Shown here: positions 52,140-55,303 of the stretch, piece by piece
Layout of the letters: each line of letters begins with the position of its first letter
How positions within the stretch are numbered: position 1 is the first letter of the stretch
DNA from: Candidatus Methanophaga sp. AG-394-G06
GTDB lineage: Archaea > Halobacteriota > Syntropharchaeia > Alkanophagales > Methanospirareceae
Direction of reading: 5' to 3'
Assembly: GCA_009903405.1 (NCBI GenBank)
Contig: PRCZ01000004.1
Coordinates: forward strand, 1 to 55,303
DNA: 55,303 nt
Notes under the pieces: generated by a model
The model's input: only the letters and a program-made list of their open reading frames with translations
Told to the model about the DNA's origin: nothing
Database searches by the model: none
Translations under genes and position numbers: made by a program

Positions 52140-52534
52140 TTATTTCTTATCCATCACACGGCGTTTTACAGTCACGGACCTACCAAAGTTGATTAGAAGA
52201 CCAACTTCAATACCTGTCGCTTTGAGATAGTGGACAAGTTGAACTTCATGAATTCAGACAATTCTTTTACGGCTTTGATTTCAAGAATGACTTTTCCATT
52301 GACAACAATATCAGCGACATAATTACCAACGATTTCACCATGATAATGAACTGCGATAGGCTGTTCCACATCCATATTAAATCCAAGTGTTCGAAGCTCA
52401 ATAACAAGCGCATTTTGATACACCTTCTCTAAAAAACCATAACCAAGCGTATTGTGCACTCTCTGGGCTGCACCTATTATCTTCTCGGTTATCTCTCTAT
52501 GTTTGTAATTTTTCATTGGCATTTTTAAGGACAC
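52140..52534 (-). pseudogene. GxxExxY protein (PD-(D/E)xK-like) with a 1-nt frameshift near 52250-52256
   Basis: GYGFLEKVYQNAL...[12 protein letters not shown] is followed, in the next frame, by [36 protein letters not shown]. This is the family-typical C-terminus. Confidence 0.75.
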
Positions 52535-52640
52535 AGATTTACACGAATTTACGCGGACTTTCTAAATTTGAGTTTGACATTATTGTTGATTTTTTCATCT
52601 GTGTTAATCTGCGTTAATCTGTGTCAAAAAATAATTGATT
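52519..52640. repeat. T-type element, copy C
   Basis: ggacacagatttacacgaatttacgcggac...catctgtgttaatctgcgttaatctgtgtc. Together with copy B it brackets the GxxExxY gene. Confidence 0.85.
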
Positions 52641-53582
52641 TTAGTTTGTTCTTTTCCCTTTTCCGCCATTCTTTATCTCTTCTACAATTCGCAAATTCAA
52701 TACCGCTTGCTCCGCAGTGATTGGAAATTGCTTACCCTCTTTAACACATTCGACAAATAGTTTCAGCTCCTCTTTCAAGGGTTCCACTTTATTCACCAGC
52801 ACTTTCTCTATTATGTTCTCTTGTACATATCGTGAATTAATCTCTCTATACTTCTGCGGTTTCCTGTATATATACACATCCTGATTCATGAAATCACCTT
52901 CAATTGAAAATTCATCATCTTCAACATAGATGGACCTTATCTTCTTGCACCCAATTCTGCTCGCCGATAACGAAACGGCACAATTGCCAAACCGTGCAAT
53001 AACCTTGCATAAATCGGTATCCCAAAACGAATGCATCTCATAGCCTATACCTAAATTCATAAAAAGGTTCCAAACTAGATCTATATCATGAATCATTAGA
53101 TCGGACACAACGTCCGCATCCGTTATTCTCAATGACACCGGATTGTGTCTCCTTATCTCTATATACCGTGGACTTGTTATGAGTTTCTTTATTTCTCCCA
53201 CTATCGGATTAAATCGTTCGATGTGTCCCACACCTACAACTAAATCATCTGTTATCTTTATATCCTCCAGAAGCTTTTCCCCCTCCTCCAAGGTTAAACT
53301 AATAGGTTTCTCAATCAAACAGCTAATTCCCTTTTCTATTGCCTTCTTCGCCATCTCAAAGTGATACTTCGTTGGTGCACAGATGCTCACAGCATCTACC
53401 TTCTCCAACAAGAAATCCATTGAATCGCTAACTATTACTTCCTCCCCATACTGCTCTCTCATCCTCTTTACCGCATCGCCATTAACGTCATAAATGTAAA
53501 CCTTACCCACGTCTTTCAATTCTGAATATACTCGTACGTGGTTCCTCCCCATTGTCCCAATACCTATTACTCCTATGTCCAT
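52641..53582 (-). CDS. Gfo/Idh/MocA-family oxidoreductase (WbpB-like)
   Basis: IGVIGIGTMGRNH Rossmann motif, then EKP and GHIERFNP motifs. Confidence 0.8.
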   Translation of the reverse strand: MDIGVIGIGTMGRNHVRVYSELKDVGKVYIYDVNGDAVKRMREQYGEEVIVSDSMDFLLEKVDAVSICAPTKYHFEMAKKAIEKGISCLIEKPISLTLEEGEKLLEDIKITDDLVVGVGHIERFNPIVGEIKKLITSPRYIEIRRHNPVSLRITDADVVSDLMIHDIDLVWNLFMNLGIGYEMHSFWDTDLCKVIARFGNCAVSLSASRIGCKKIRSIYVEDDEFSIEGDFMNQDVYIYRKPQKYREINSRYVQENIIEKVLVNKVEPLKEELKLFVECVKEGKQFPITAEQAVLNLRIVEEIKNGGKGKRTN

Positions 53583-53599
53583 TCCGTCGTGTGTTTATC

Positions 53600-54691
53600 T
53601 CACCCCACCAAATTAATTACCTTACAGATGTATTCTAACTCATCACCGCTTAACGCTGGATGTACAGGTAAACTCAAAACGAGTTCTGATAATCGTGTTG
53701 CAGTAGGGCATTGTTTCTCCTCATACCCAAGCTCCTGATACAGCGGCTGTCGATGTACAGGTAATGGATAATGCACTGCACTTCCAATTCCGTTATCGCT
53801 TAAATACGCTATAAAATCAGCTCTTTTCATTGAAAAATCTGCTCCCAGTTTCACCACATACTGATGATAAACATGCTTCACATCCCGCTCCTTGTATGGC
53901 TTCTTTAGTGGAACCTTCAAGCCATTGTTTAAATATTCTGCATTAGTTATCCTTCTTTCGCTCAAATCGTCCAGTTTACTTAGCTGGGCAAGACCAATTG
54001 CAGCCTGTATATTTGTCATTCGATAATTATAACCCAACGTGGTATGTAAATACTTTTGGCTTTGTCCATGATTGATAATGAGTCTCAATCGCTCCTCCAC
54101 ATCATTGTTATTTGTTGTTATCATGCCACCCTCGCCTGTCACCATGTTTTTTGTACCATAAAAAGAAAAGCAGCTAGCAGCCCCAAAACCACCAACCTTT
54201 TTACCTCGGTATTCCGCTCCGTGCGCTTGCGCACAATCCTCAACTAAGAATAATCCATGATCATCACATATTTCCTGTATTGGCTTCACATCAAATGGAT
54301 GCCCAAACAGGTGAACGCCAATGACCGCTTTCGTTCTTGAGCTGATCTTATCTACAACATCCCCCGGATCTATTGCGAACGTTTCTTCATCAACATCTAC
54401 AAAAACAGGTCGCGCATTCTGAAATAATACCGCATTTGCTGTTGCTATAAACGTGAAGTCAGGAACGATTACTTCATCTCCACTTTCTATATCCAATGCT
54501 TTTAATGCTATGTCTAACGCTGTCGTTCCGCTGGTTGTGGTAACGGCATACTTTGTTCCTATGTAATCTGCAAATTCACACTCAAATCTTCTTGTCCACT
54601 CACCACTTGCGAGCATCCCTGATTTTAGTACCTCTATTACGTTCTCTATTTCCTGACTATCTATTGATGGTTTTGCTATTATTGGAATCAT
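53600..54691 (-). CDS. DegT-family aminotransferase (WbpE-like)
   Basis: TTSGTTALDIALKAL, VEDCAQAHGA and FSFYGTKNMVTGEGG (PLP lysine). Confidence 0.85.
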   Translation of the reverse strand: MIPIIAKPSIDSQEIENVIEVLKSGMLASGEWTRRFECEFADYIGTKYAVTTTSGTTALDIALKALDIESGDEVIVPDFTFIATANAVLFQNARPVFVDVDEETFAIDPGDVVDKISSRTKAVIGVHLFGHPFDVKPIQEICDDHGLFLVEDCAQAHGAEYRGKKVGGFGAASCFSFYGTKNMVTGEGGMITTNNNDVEERLRLIINHGQSQKYLHTTLGYNYRMTNIQAAIGLAQLSKLDDLSERRITNAEYLNNGLKVPLKKPYKERDVKHVYHQYVVKLGADFSMKRADFIAYLSDNGIGSAVHYPLPVHRQPLYQELGYEEKQCPTATRLSELVLSLPVHPALSGDELEYICKVINLVG

Positions 54692-54891
54692 TGAATTTCA
54701 TATTCCCTAATATTCACAAAATACGCCTGCCCAAAATCTTTAATGCACAAAGGATGCACCATAATATATAAAAGAGTTGTTCCCCCACCGTAGTTGGCTC
54801 CTTTGGGTCATATCCTTTCCTTATCCTTCGATAATTTACCATCGGCATTTTCTTTGACTCTTCTTGAGAGATAAGATAAGAGCTCTCATTT

Positions 54892-55010
54892 TTATAAAAA
54901 TTCCGCACTCCGCTCTATATCCGCCCAGTTCTCAATAAACCACGCATGCACCTTCTTCAACCCATCCTTGAAATCCATCTGCGGCTCGTAACCTAACAAC
55001 CTCTTCGCTT
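54892..55010 (-). pseudogene. C-terminal fragment of an NAD-dependent sugar epimerase/dehydratase
   Basis: Reverse frame reads KRLLGYEPQMDFKDGLKKVHAWFIENWADIERSAEFL*. No N-terminal part is present. Confidence 0.6.
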
Positions 55011-55069
55011 TCGATTAAAGGACAAATATTCGTGCTTAACTTCCCAAACCCAACATTCGTAATTCGTAA

Positions 55070-55303
55070 TTCATCCCGTATCCCCATAAACAGCTCAATC
55101 GCACCAAGAATCATAAAAATCGCCACCAGCATCGCATATGCAAGCGAGAAGTATCTGGTCTGATTATACTGCTGCAGCAGCAATAGCCCAAAGAAGACAC
55201 CAATAACAAATGTAAGGAAACCCGGAAATCCGAGATACAACAGAGGTCGCTTCTCTGCAATGAGCCCAATCACCGAGTTGAGCACTCCGACACCATGTGA
55301 CAC
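55070..55303 (-). pseudogene. C-terminal TM region of a GT2-type glycosyltransferase (partial at the window edge, 3' end fused to other fragments)
   Basis: VLNSVIGLIAEKRPLLYLGFPGFLTFVIGVFFGLLLLQQY...AMLVAIFMILGAIELFMGI is followed by a junction with an attcgtaattcgtaatt heptamer repeat (55047-55063). Confidence 0.5.

Overview
The window looks archaeal and Methanosarcinales/ANME-like. This call rests on sequence features only: about 40% GC, A/T-rich TTTATATA promoter boxes, DUF1616/DUF354/DUF104 genes and ISH3/IS1634-type IS elements. It is a heavily rearranged accessory region built around cell-surface glycan biosynthesis.

- **1-8.6 kb:** a toxin-antitoxin graveyard (several PIN/VapBC pairs, RelBE, DUF4258-DUF2283, MNT-HepT). 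It is interleaved with fragments of DUF1616 membrane-protein genes and sugar-dehydrogenase genes.
- **8.6-14.4 kb:** two small RHH proteins, cysD-cysN (sulfate adenylyltransferase), a small alkaline-phosphatase (AP) superfamily protein, a universal stress protein and a DASS/SLC13 anion permease.
- **14.6-22.4 kb:** rmlA-rmlB-rmlC-rmlD. rmlC is split by an IS with a 4-bp target duplication, and a VapBC pair sits between rmlC and rmlD. A four-helix-bundle (23S rRNA IVS-type) gene and gmd follow.
- **23.5-31 kb:** a Wzx flippase, two NPP-like AP-superfamily enzymes, a 757-aa DUF1616-fused polytopic membrane protein and a GT2.
- **31.1-35.5 kb:** a nest of three IS elements inside a GT4 gene.
- **35.5-45.6 kb:** a long, tightly coupled minus-strand operon. 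It encodes GT4s, a 576-aa unknown, a CE4-like protein, a Thr-type sulfatase-like enzyme, a DegT aminotransferase, a FemAB-like protein and a polysaccharide deacetylase.
- **46-48.8 kb:** a decayed second copy of the deacetylase genes, invaded by VapBC and a zinc-finger ORF.
- **48.9-55.3 kb:** a GT2 plus WbpA/D/B/E-like genes for a 2,3-diacetamido uronic acid, interrupted by a frameshifted GxxExxY gene.

Three signals run across the whole window:
1. Heptamer- or decamer-periodic inverted-repeat arrays bracket the small four-helix-bundle and GxxExxY ORFs. The same arrays also occur empty.
2. Short palindromic elements sit exactly at gene-truncation junctions.
3. Two RHH proteins, CysD and three AP-superfamily enzymes share a C-terminal basic tail motif.

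No rRNA, tRNA or CRISPR array was found.
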